Source: Candidatus Pacearchaeota archaeon (GTDB taxonomy: Archaea > Nanobdellota > Nanobdellia > Pacearchaeales > GW2011-AR1). From it: DNA of 64,000 nt. The stretch spans positions 27,532 through 91,531 of the forward strand of contig JAGVXH010000002.1 in the NCBI GenBank assembly GCA_018303845.1. Direction: 5' to 3'. Both the position numbers and the translations under genes were made by a program. Below, in pieces: positions 50,909 to 58,667 of the stretch. The stretch's first letter is position 1. Every line of letters starts with the position of its first letter. Below the pieces are notes generated by a model that saw only the letters and a list, made by a program, of their open reading frames with translations, did no database searches and was not told the DNA's origin.

Positions 50909-53077
50909 CTAAATCTTCGCCATCCGAAGCAAATTAGCATTCCCAACAACCGTCACCGAAGACAAAGCCATAGCAATTTCCGCCACGACAGGAGAAAGAA
51001 ACCCCCCCATAGCCAAAGGAATAGCCAAAACATTATACCCAAAAGCCCAAAACAAATTCTGCTTAATCTTCATAAATGTCGCCCTAGACAAATTAAAAGC
51101 CTCGACAACTCCCATCAAACTCCCGCGAACCAAAACAATATCTCCCGCCTCAATCGCAATATCAGTCCCGCCCCCCATAGCTATTCCAACATTCGCACTT
51201 TTCAAAGCAACCGCATCATTAACCCCATCCCCAACAAAAACAACCTTTCCCTCTTTCTGCAACTCCAAAATCTTCTTCGCCTTATCCTCAGGCAACACAT
51301 CGCTAAAAACCTCATCCACACCAACCGCCTTAGCAATAGCATGAGAAGTTAAAGCATTATCCCCACTAACAATCACAGTCCGAAAACCCATCTTCTTCAA
51401 TCTGGAAATAGCCTCAACAGAATCGTCCTTCAAACCATCCGCAACAGCAATCACGCCAAAAGCCTTCCCATCAACGCAAACAACCATAACGCTCTTTCCT
51501 TCCGAAGAATACTTCTTAATCATATCAACAAACAAGTCCAAAGAAACCTTCCGCTCACTCATCAACAAAACATTTCCAATCAAAACATTCTTCCCATCAA
51601 CAACGCCCTCAACACCTCGACCTCTCAAAACTTTAAACTTATCAACTTTCAAATACTTCTTCAAAGAAGCCCTAGCAACAACAGCCCTAGAAATAGAATG
51701 CTCACTTAAAACTTCCAAGCTAGCGGCAATTTCCAACAACTTTTTCTCATCTTTAGCATAAACATCACTAACCTCGGGCTTCCCCTTCGTAATCGTCCCA
51801 GTCTTATCAAAAACAATAGTCTTAACATCCTTCATCGTCTGAATCGCCTCTCCCTTCCTAATCAAAATCCCACGCTCAGCCCCCATACCAGAACCAACCA
51901 TCAAAGCCGTAGGAACAGCCAATCCCAAAGCACAAGGACAAGCAATAACCAAAACAGAAACCATCACGCCAATCGCACGACCCCAATCACTCGTCACAAA
52001 AAAACCCCAAACCCAAAAAGTAAGAAAAGCAACAATCAAAACAACTGGAACAAAAACGGCCGTAATCTTATCCACCAATTCCTGAATCGGAATCTTCGAA
52101 CCTTGAGCCTCCTCAACCAATTTCACAATATGCGCCAAAAAAGTATCCTTCCCAACCCTAGTCGCCCGAACATACAAAATCCCATCCTGATTAATCGTCG
52201 CCCCAATAACATTACTCCCCACGACTTTATCCAAAGGCAAACTTTCCCCACTAATCATCGACTCATCAACAGAACTCTCTCCCTTAACAACAACACCATC
52301 AGTCGGAATCTTCTCCCCAGGCTTCACAACCATGACATCTCCAATCTTCACTTCCGAAATCAAAACAGAAATCTGCTTCCCATCACGAACAACAGCTGCA
52401 TTCTTCGCCCCCATCTCCAAGAGCTTCTTAATCTCCGCACCAGCCCGACCCTTCGCCAAATTCTCAACATACTTCCCACTAAAAAAGAAAGCCATAATCA
52501 TCGCCGAAATTCCAGAATAATCCTGCACACTAATAAAAAAACTAAGTATTCCCGTAGAAAAAGCAACAACAGTCCCAAGTGAAATCAAAGAATCCATATT
52601 AAAATAAAAACTAGTAAAACCCTTCAGTCCCCCTCGCAAAGTATCAAACCCCAAAATAAAAATAACAGGAAAACTTAAGAACAACATCACAACAGTCATC
52701 GCCGTCTCACTAAACAAATGAAGCCCAAATAATCTCTCACTCCCCATAATAAAAATCAACGGCAAAACAATCAACCAAGAAATAATAGTCCGCCTTTTCC
52801 ATTTTAAAACCTCATCAACTTCCGCCATCTTAGAGTGATCCATCTTAGAGTGATCCATTTCTCCACCATCAAAATTAGAAACCTTATAATTCCCAACAGT
52901 AGAAACAGCCTTTTCTATCTCCGCCTCACTAACCTTCCCCTCAACAAAACCCTTCTTTGCCAAAAAATTAACCTTAACATTCTCAACGCCCTTAATCTTA
53001 CCAAGACCTCGTTCAATATTCGCAGCACACGAAGCGCAACTCATTCCAGAAACATCAAACCTAATCTTATCACCCAT
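50909..53077 (-). CDS. copA: Cu(I)-exporting P1B ATPase
   Basis: GMSCASC HMA domain, MDHSK repeat, CPC, DKTGT, GDGVND, YN..MALSS. Confidence 0.93.
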   Translation of the reverse strand: MGDKIRFDVSGMSCASCAANIERGLGKIKGVENVKVNFLAKKGFVEGKVSEAEIEKAVSTVGNYKVSNFDGGEMDHSKMDHSKMAEVDEVLKWKRRTIISWLIVLPLIFIMGSERLFGLHLFSETAMTVVMLFLSFPVIFILGFDTLRGGLKGFTSFYFNMDSLISLGTVVAFSTGILSFFISVQDYSGISAMIMAFFFSGKYVENLAKGRAGAEIKKLLEMGAKNAAVVRDGKQISVLISEVKIGDVMVVKPGEKIPTDGVVVKGESSVDESMISGESLPLDKVVGSNVIGATINQDGILYVRATRVGKDTFLAHIVKLVEEAQGSKIPIQELVDKITAVFVPVVLIVAFLTFWVWGFFVTSDWGRAIGVMVSVLVIACPCALGLAVPTALMVGSGMGAERGILIRKGEAIQTMKDVKTIVFDKTGTITKGKPEVSDVYAKDEKKLLEIAASLEVLSEHSISRAVVARASLKKYLKVDKFKVLRGRGVEGVVDGKNVLIGNVLLMSERKVSLDLFVDMIKKYSSEGKSVMVVCVDGKAFGVIAVADGLKDDSVEAISRLKKMGFRTVIVSGDNALTSHAIAKAVGVDEVFSDVLPEDKAKKILELQKEGKVVFVGDGVNDAVALKSANVGIAMGGGTDIAIEAGDIVLVRGSLMGVVEAFNLSRATFMKIKQNLFWAFGYNVLAIPLAMGGFLSPVVAEIAMALSSVTVVGNANLLRMAKI

Positions 53078-53133
53078 ACAAAAAACCAACACAAAAATTA
53101 GTTATAAGGATTTCGCGAACAACATCATTAACA

Positions 53134-53727
53134 TCATCCAACTTCATCAGAAACAACCTCCGCAGGATACTCCTCAAAAACATCCAAACCCAAAACATCT
53201 TCTCGCACTCCAGCCTCATAAAAAATTTCAAACTTATTAGGAAAAGAATATTCAACTCCCTTAACACCATTAACGCCAGAAACCTCACTACTAATCAAAG
53301 GCGCATGCCCAGGACACGGAATATCAACTTCCAAATTCATAACACGCAAACCAGAAGAGTCCTCAACGCTCGCGCCAACAAAACCAGACAAAAAAGGAAA
53401 AATAAAAAAGAATAACAAAACATTCACCCCGACAGTAAACCCATACATACCAAACAAATATCCTTTCTTCTCCCTAATCCCATCAAAAGACAAAGCATCA
53501 TTTTTTCTCAAATAAAAAAAAGAACTAACACTAGCAAATCCAATAGAAACCAGAATCAAATAATAAAAAATATTTCGACTCATCAAAAGTGGCTTAAAAT
53601 ATTGCATCAAAACAGTTGTTCCCAAAATAGAAACAATAATAAAAAGAATACACCCGACATGAGGAATCAGCCCAAACAAAATCCCCTTACCGACATTTCT
53701 CTCGCAACAACTTTTATCTTTAGCCAT
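53134..53727 (-). CDS. Membrane protein with C-terminal HMA-like domain
   Basis: PHVGC in a TM segment; IPCPGHA followed by GVKGV. Confidence 0.7.
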   Translation of the reverse strand: MAKDKSCCERNVGKGILFGLIPHVGCILFIIVSILGTTVLMQYFKPLLMSRNIFYYLILVSIGFASVSSFFYLRKNDALSFDGIREKKGYLFGMYGFTVGVNVLLFFFIFPFLSGFVGASVEDSSGLRVMNLEVDIPCPGHAPLISSEVSGVNGVKGVEYSFPNKFEIFYEAGVREDVLGLDVFEEYPAEVVSDEVG

Positions 53728-53816
53728 AACAAATTAAAAAAAATTCTTTATTTAACGACTTCGCTGAAACTAGTTACATCAACAAAATATTTATACCACA
53801 ACATACAAAACAAATT

Positions 53817-54227
53817 ATGAAAACAAAAATCCTTCCAATTTTCCTAATCGCCTTCGCAACAAACGCAATCTGGGAACTCCTCCACTATCCCCTCTACATC
53901 GACCTATCCGGCATCCCCCAATATCCACATCTTTTCCTAGCAACAATAACTGACGCCATCATTATAACAACAATCTTCCTAATCATCTCCCTAAAAAACT
54001 CCTCATCCAACTGGACAAAAAACCCAAAAAAAACAGATTACCTAATAGCACTAATTCTACCAATTGCAATAGCAATAGCAATAGAAACAAGAGCCCTAAA
54101 AATACAAAGATGGGCATATACTTCTTCAATGCCAACAATTCTAGGAATCGGCTTAAGTCCCCTAATTCAGTTAGCAACAACATCAATAATAACATTTGCA
54201 ATAATCAAAAAAATAAAATCTACCTAA
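53817..54227 (+). CDS. Four-TM membrane protein
   Basis: NAIWELLHYPLY, RWAY..MP..GIGLSPLIQ. Confidence 0.7.
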   Translation: MKTKILPIFLIAFATNAIWELLHYPLYIDLSGIPQYPHLFLATITDAIIITTIFLIISLKNSSSNWTKNPKKTDYLIALILPIAIAIAIETRALKIQRWAYTSSMPTILGIGLSPLIQLATTSIITFAIIKKIKST

Positions 54228-54699
54228 CTAAAACCAAAATATTATTCATACCGCGCCTCTTCCTTTCAACTAAACCCTTAGCTTCCAACTTATCAGTAAT
54301 CCGCGTCATCTTGACCTTCCCGCATCCAAGCTCATCCATAATACTCTTCTGGAAAAAAGCCCCTTTCTCACGCTGCAAAATCCCAACAACCCTCTTCTCC
54401 ACAGAATCAAGCCCACTCAAATCAAGCTTCTTCTTCAAAACTTTCTCCTTGACTTTCTTAACAACAATCCTCTCATTTTCCCTAGAAAAAACAAAAAACA
54501 CCCCAATCAAAAAAACCAACCCCGCAATAATCAAACTAAGTCCCGTCTGAATTCGAATCGTATCGTACATAGTACAACTCGCCCCATGGTCACACCCTTC
54601 GTCCATAATATCCTTCAACCCAAAATTAAATAACAATATAATTGCGACTATTAACACCGAAATCCCGACTATCAAAAACCCGACATTTTTATTCTTCAT
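54220..54699 (-). CDS. Membrane-anchored winged-HTH regulator with CxHxxxC loop
   Basis: TM-GCDHGASCTM-TM; KVKMTRITDKLEAKGLVERKRRGMNN. Confidence 0.8.
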   Translation of the reverse strand: MKNKNVGFLIVGISVLIVAIILLFNFGLKDIMDEGCDHGASCTMYDTIRIQTGLSLIIAGLVFLIGVFFVFSRENERIVVKKVKEKVLKKKLDLSGLDSVEKRVVGILQREKGAFFQKSIMDELGCGKVKMTRITDKLEAKGLVERKRRGMNNILVLVR

Positions 54700-54786
54700 A
54701 ACAACAAAAGTCATCCAATCTATAAAAACATACCTAAACACCGTTAACAATAAAACTTATAACCCATATAAATATCCAAAATACAT

Positions 54787-54869
54787 GTGGGGATGCCGGA
54801 GTGGCCAAACGGGCTGGCTTTAAGCGCCAGTAGCATCTGCTTACGGGGGTTCGAATCCTCCTCCCCACA
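54787..54869 (+). tRNA. tRNA-Leu(TAA)
   Basis: GTGGGGA/TCCCCAC acceptor stem, CTGGC-TTTAAGC-GCCAG anticodon arm, variable arm, GTTCGAAT. Confidence 0.95.
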
Positions 54870-54942
54870 TTTATACAATTCAATTTATTGAATTGTATTT
54901 ATTTTTGGAAGACGATTCTAATGCTCGAACTTTACGGGGGTT

Positions 54943-55022
54943 TGCGAAAAATTACGAAGTAACTTTTTCGCAGAAAAATTCAAAGAATTTTTCGTGTCCG
55001 AGTGTTCTTCATAACACGAAGG
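54943..55022 (+). repeat. Triple-hairpin element in a tRNA-Leu 3' copy
   Basis: Lies between TTACGGGGGTT and CGAATCCTCCTCTCTACAT; ends GTGTCCGAG-tgtt-cttcat-aaca-CGAAGG. Confidence 0.88.
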
Positions 55023-55040
55023 CGAATCCTCCTCTCTACA

Positions 55041-55307
55041 TTAAAAATATTTTTCTAAAACCTTATTCATCTCGTCTGCAAAAGTTGTGTCACAGCAGTT
55101 CCTACAAATAAAATCAATCAAAGCGATATACCCCAAAAGGAAAATAAGCCCAAACAATATTGCCATAACCATCCTCAAGCTTCCCGTAACCTGTAATAAA
55201 ATTTCTCCAGCTAAAACCTTCTCCATAGTAGGATATCCGAATATCAAGGACCCCACTCCGTAAAAAAATTCTCCTACAGAAATACCTACACCTTTGATAT
55301 CTGCCAT
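55041..55307 (-). CDS. Small membrane protein
   Basis: MADIKG start, two hydrophobic segments, TATA-like box upstream. Confidence 0.5.
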   Translation of the reverse strand: MADIKGVGISVGEFFYGVGSLIFGYPTMEKVLAGEILLQVTGSLRMVMAILFGLIFLLGYIALIDFICRNCCDTTFADEMNKVLEKYF

Positions 55308-55355
55308 AAAACAAAAATGAATCTCCACTTTATATATTAGAGGTATCAAGATTAG

Positions 55356-55570
55356 ATAGCGGGCGAACAATTTGCATTTGAAAAAGAATATTTTTCTTCG
55401 AAAAATTTTTTCAAAAGCAAATTGCAAGTAGGGATTTCAAATCCTCGTCAACGCATAGCGGGCGAAAACTTCGCGCGAATTTTGTCCTAGAACAAAAATT
55501 AGACAAAATTTTAGTGCAAAGTTTGAGTAGGGATTTTTCAAATCTCTCCCTGCCATAGCGGGGGCAGGAT
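55356..55570. repeat. Two ATAGCGGGCGAA-hairpin-AGTAGGGATTT units plus a tRNA-iMet 3' fragment
   Basis: Units start at 55356 and 55455; ATAGCGGGGGCAGGAT at 55555 is 15/16 identical to 56476-56491. Confidence 0.75.
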
Positions 55571-55641
55571 GCGGACAAAAAGTCTAGAAGGCGGCTATCT
55601 TATCTACTACTGGAAAAATAAACTATACCTGTCTGTCCAAA

Positions 55642-56391
55642 TTAAGGACAATCAATTATCTTGCTCTGGCCGTATTTATGATCAGAACTTCCTGAATTTA
55701 TATTAGGTTTTATCTCTCCAGCTTCATAAGATCCAGGCAAATCAACAGAATCCTCCGCCACCCAACTGGTGAAGGAAACTTCTCCTTGCATTCTCTGACA
55801 ATAATAATTTTCAGGATACATATTCTTAGTCACCATTGTCCAATCACCGCAATCAGTTATATATCCCAAAGGCCGTTGCCCGGAACCATCCAAATAAAAT
55901 CTTGTTCCCACAGGGCCCTGTGCTTTTCCAGAAGAAACAGCATTATATTTAGTAAGATAACCGTTATTTCCAGCAATTGTACACACCGCAGAATCAATTG
56001 TGACTTCAGTCGTAACTATATCTGGAGCCGCTGTAATCTCTCCTCCAGAATCTCCTACATCAATCTTTATCGGATCAGAAGTGGTCATCTCACACTGGCC
56101 TGCAATACAACACTTTTGACTTTTAGGTATGCAAAACATACCACACATCTTTTTATCATCGCTACATGAGTTACAAATTGTATTCTCAGTCACAGATTCA
56201 AGACAATAACTTCCTCCAGAACTGCACCGGGCATTAGTTGGAATACACCCATCATCGCATCTCTGCAATCCTGCAGGGCAAATAGATTTAACGTTAGAAT
56301 CCGACATATAGCTAAAGATCATTATACTCGCAAGAATCAGAACAACCCCTCCAATAACAAAAGGCCACTTAATACCTACCATAGAATACAC
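55642..56391 (-). CDS. Membrane-anchored Cys-rich surface protein
   Basis: N-terminal TM; CPAGLQRCDDGCIP and CGMFCIP..CC modules. Confidence 0.7.
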   Translation of the reverse strand: MYSMVGIKWPFVIGGVVLILASIMIFSYMSDSNVKSICPAGLQRCDDGCIPTNARCSSGGSYCLESVTENTICNSCSDDKKMCGMFCIPKSQKCCIAGQCEMTTSDPIKIDVGDSGGEITAAPDIVTTEVTIDSAVCTIAGNNGYLTKYNAVSSGKAQGPVGTRFYLDGSGQRPLGYITDCGDWTMVTKNMYPENYYCQRMQGEVSFTSWVAEDSVDLPGSYEAGEIKPNINSGSSDHKYGQSKIIDCP

Positions 56392-56476
56392 AAATCAAAA
56401 TATTATTTAAATCTTATCAATCAAGGTTCAAATCTGACTCTATCAAAAAATGAGATTTTACCGACGATAAAAAAAA

Positions 56477-56552
56477 TAGCGGGGACAGGATTTGAACCAT
56501 GTGACCTCGAGGTTATGGGCCTCGCGAGCTGACCAGACTGCTCCACCCCGCT
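56477..56552 (-). tRNA. tRNA-Met(CAT), initiator type
   Basis: AGCGGGG/CCCCGCT acceptor stem (A1:U72), anticodon loop CCCATAA. Confidence 0.9.
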
Positions 56553-56601
56553 ACACAATTAAACGCCTAAAACGTGTTATAAATCTTTCTTTAAGCAAAA
56601 A

Positions 56602-56778
56602 CAAGGGGACTGGATTAAAAGTTCTTTATGAACTTTTAGAAATTCAAGAGAATTTCGTGTCCGAGCTTCTTTGAAGCGAAGGTTGAACTATTGTGACCTC
56701 GAGGTTATGGGAATCGCTGGTCGGGACAGACTGCTCCATCCCGCTACACAATTAAACATCTAAAACGTGTTATAAATC
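56602..56778 (-). pseudogene. Degenerate tRNA-iMet copy with duplicated promoter, split by a hairpin element
   Basis: TGTGACCTCGAGGTTATGGG, CAGACTGCTCCA.CCCGCTACACAATTAAAC and AAAACGTGTTATAAATC are repeated from 56500-56585. Confidence 0.9.
56616..56682 (+). repeat. Triple-hairpin element in the tRNA-iMet copy
   Basis: Lies between GGGGACTGGAT and TTGAAC; ends GTGTCCGAG-cttc-ttt-gaag-CGAAGG. Confidence 0.88.
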
Positions 56779-56799
56779 GTTATTATAAAAAAGTCGAAC

Positions 56800-57330
56800 T
56801 CAATAACTCAAAAAAGAAACATCAAGCTTATTCATTCTCAAATAAAATTCATAATCCGGAAAACCTTTCTTGGACTCTATAAACATTTTCCCAAGTCCTT
56901 CCCAAAAAGCAAACCATCCGGCCGGCTCAGAAATTATAAAAAATAAATCAATCAAAAAACTATCCGAACTAAATCTATATGCAAAAGTAGCGACAATCAT
57001 AATAATCGTTCCAAGAAAAACCCAAAATAAACCTTCAACCCAAATCTTCTTTATTCCTTTTTTTTGAATCACAAAATTTTTATAAAAATGTTCTTTAAGT
57101 CTACGCTTAATCCTTAATTCGTCCGGCTTTTTACGAAACTTTCTAGGGACAAGAAGACGAAGTTCAATCTTCTCAGAATCTTTCTCTCTAGCCGCCCGCC
57201 TGCATTCTAACAAAAAATCCTCAGACAAAGCACGATCAGAATAAGGCCTAGGATCAAAATCAGAAAATAAATCATTATAAGAATCTAAAATCAAACTGAC
57301 ATTACCTTCTCTTAAATTAACTTTTCCCAT
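56800..57330 (-). CDS. Hypothetical membrane protein
   Basis: LDSYNDLFSDFDPRPY..R.LSEDF; two TMs; GWFAFWEG. Confidence 0.7.
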   Translation of the reverse strand: MGKVNLREGNVSLILDSYNDLFSDFDPRPYSDRALSEDFLLECRRAAREKDSEKIELRLLVPRKFRKKPDELRIKRRLKEHFYKNFVIQKKGIKKIWVEGLFWVFLGTIIMIVATFAYRFSSDSFLIDLFFIISEPAGWFAFWEGLGKMFIESKKGFPDYEFYLRMNKLDVSFLSY

Positions 57331-57369
57331 AGAGCCAAAAAATATATTGGGTTAATAAACTCTTTGAAA

Positions 57370-57813
57370 TCAATAACAAAAAATATCTTTTTTTTCCGAA
57401 ATCTCACTGCCATCCTCGTATCTCATAATTTTCATAAAAGAACATCCAGAAGCACCAATATTCTTACCAATATAATCTAATAAAAAATTTCCATCCATAT
57501 CCAGATTACAGGTATTGAAATCAAACTCCATAAAGCCATCCTCGGGCCAACTATGAGCAGAAGCATGAGACTCCGTAATCCCAATCAAAACCGTAGCTCC
57601 TTGTGGATAAAACTGCTTAACAGATTTAGAAAAAATATTCGCCCCAATATCAACCAGCCCATCGCAAATCAACCCGCACAAAAATTCCGCATCATCAATC
57701 ACAAGCTTACCACTATCAACCCGTCTTCTACAACCAGAGAAACTTGCAATCCAGTGAATTCCATATAATTTCTTTTCCACATTACCATAAATTTTTACTG
57801 CTGGGCAAAACAA
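57370..57813 (-). CDS. speD: S-adenosylmethionine decarboxylase proenzyme family
   Basis: YGIH, FYPQGAT, TESHASAHSWPE autocleavage motif, DFNTC; start uncertain. Confidence 0.8.
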   Translation of the reverse strand: MFCPAVKIYGNVEKKLYGIHWIASFSGCRRRVDSGKLVIDDAEFLCGLICDGLVDIGANIFSKSVKQFYPQGATVLIGITESHASAHSWPEDGFMEFDFNTCNLDMDGNFLLDYIGKNIGASGCSFMKIMRYEDGSEISEKKDIFCY

Positions 57814-57888
57814 ATTTAAAAACCTTGCCCCTAATACAAAGAAATCTCAAGCCCACAACATTAAAAACATCAATCTCTTAAAATCAAA

Positions 57889-58548
57889 ATGAAACTTCTA
57901 GGAATCGACGACGCAGGACGGGGACCAGTCCTCGGGCCAATGGTTTTAGCAGGAATAATCGCAAACCCGCAAGACGAAACAATCCTAAAATCATGGAATG
58001 CAAAAGATTCAAAACTTTTATCTCCCCTTCAAAGAAAAACAATCGCAGACAAAATAAGACCACAATTCATTCACTACATCGTAACATCCTCGCCAAAACA
58101 AATCGATGAATCCTCAAATCTAAACTACCTCGAAGCAATCAAAACCGCCCAAATCATAAACCATCTAACAAAAGACATTCAAGAAAAAACCACAGCCATA
58201 ATAGACTGTCCGTCGGTAAACATAGAAAGTTGGACCAGAGACGTCCAAAAACTCCTAGAAAAACCGGAAAATATAATCCTTCAATGCGAACACAAAGCAG
58301 ACGCCAATCACCCAATCGTCTCCGCTGCCTCAATCCTAGCAAAAGAAAAAAGAGAAGAAGAAATGGGAAAATTAAGACAAACCTTTAAAATTGACTTCGG
58401 CTCAGGATACCCAGCCGATCCAAAAACAAAAAAATTCATCTTAGAAAACTTCAACAACAAAGAATACTCTTCAATAATAAGATTCTCCTGGAGCACCGTA
58501 AAAAAACTAATTCAAGCAAAAACCTCGCCACAAAAAAAATTATTTTGA
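57889..58548 (+). CDS. rnhB: Ribonuclease HII
   Basis: GIDDAGRGPVLGPM, KDSKLL, HKAD, SAASILAK, GSGYPADP. Confidence 0.95.
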   Translation: MKLLGIDDAGRGPVLGPMVLAGIIANPQDETILKSWNAKDSKLLSPLQRKTIADKIRPQFIHYIVTSSPKQIDESSNLNYLEAIKTAQIINHLTKDIQEKTTAIIDCPSVNIESWTRDVQKLLEKPENIILQCEHKADANHPIVSAASILAKEKREEEMGKLRQTFKIDFGSGYPADPKTKKFILENFNNKEYSSIIRFSWSTVKKLIQAKTSPQKKLF

Positions 58549-58667
58549 ATCAACAATTCTTAAAAACCCCACTCACCTCTTCCAAACATGAAAAAAAGAG
58601 TCGCTAACGCCCAAACCACCAAACTGCCAAACCACCAAACCACCCCAAGTAAACCAGGGGTTTACAA

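Noticed and set aside
52826-52858. 15-bp tandem repeat in copA
   Set aside because: It encodes MDHSK metal-binding repeats, which are common in copper ATPases.
54943-55022. Bulge-helix-bulge tRNA intron
   Set aside because: The host copies are partial or degenerate, no BHB is apparent at the junctions, and one insert is antisense to its tRNA.
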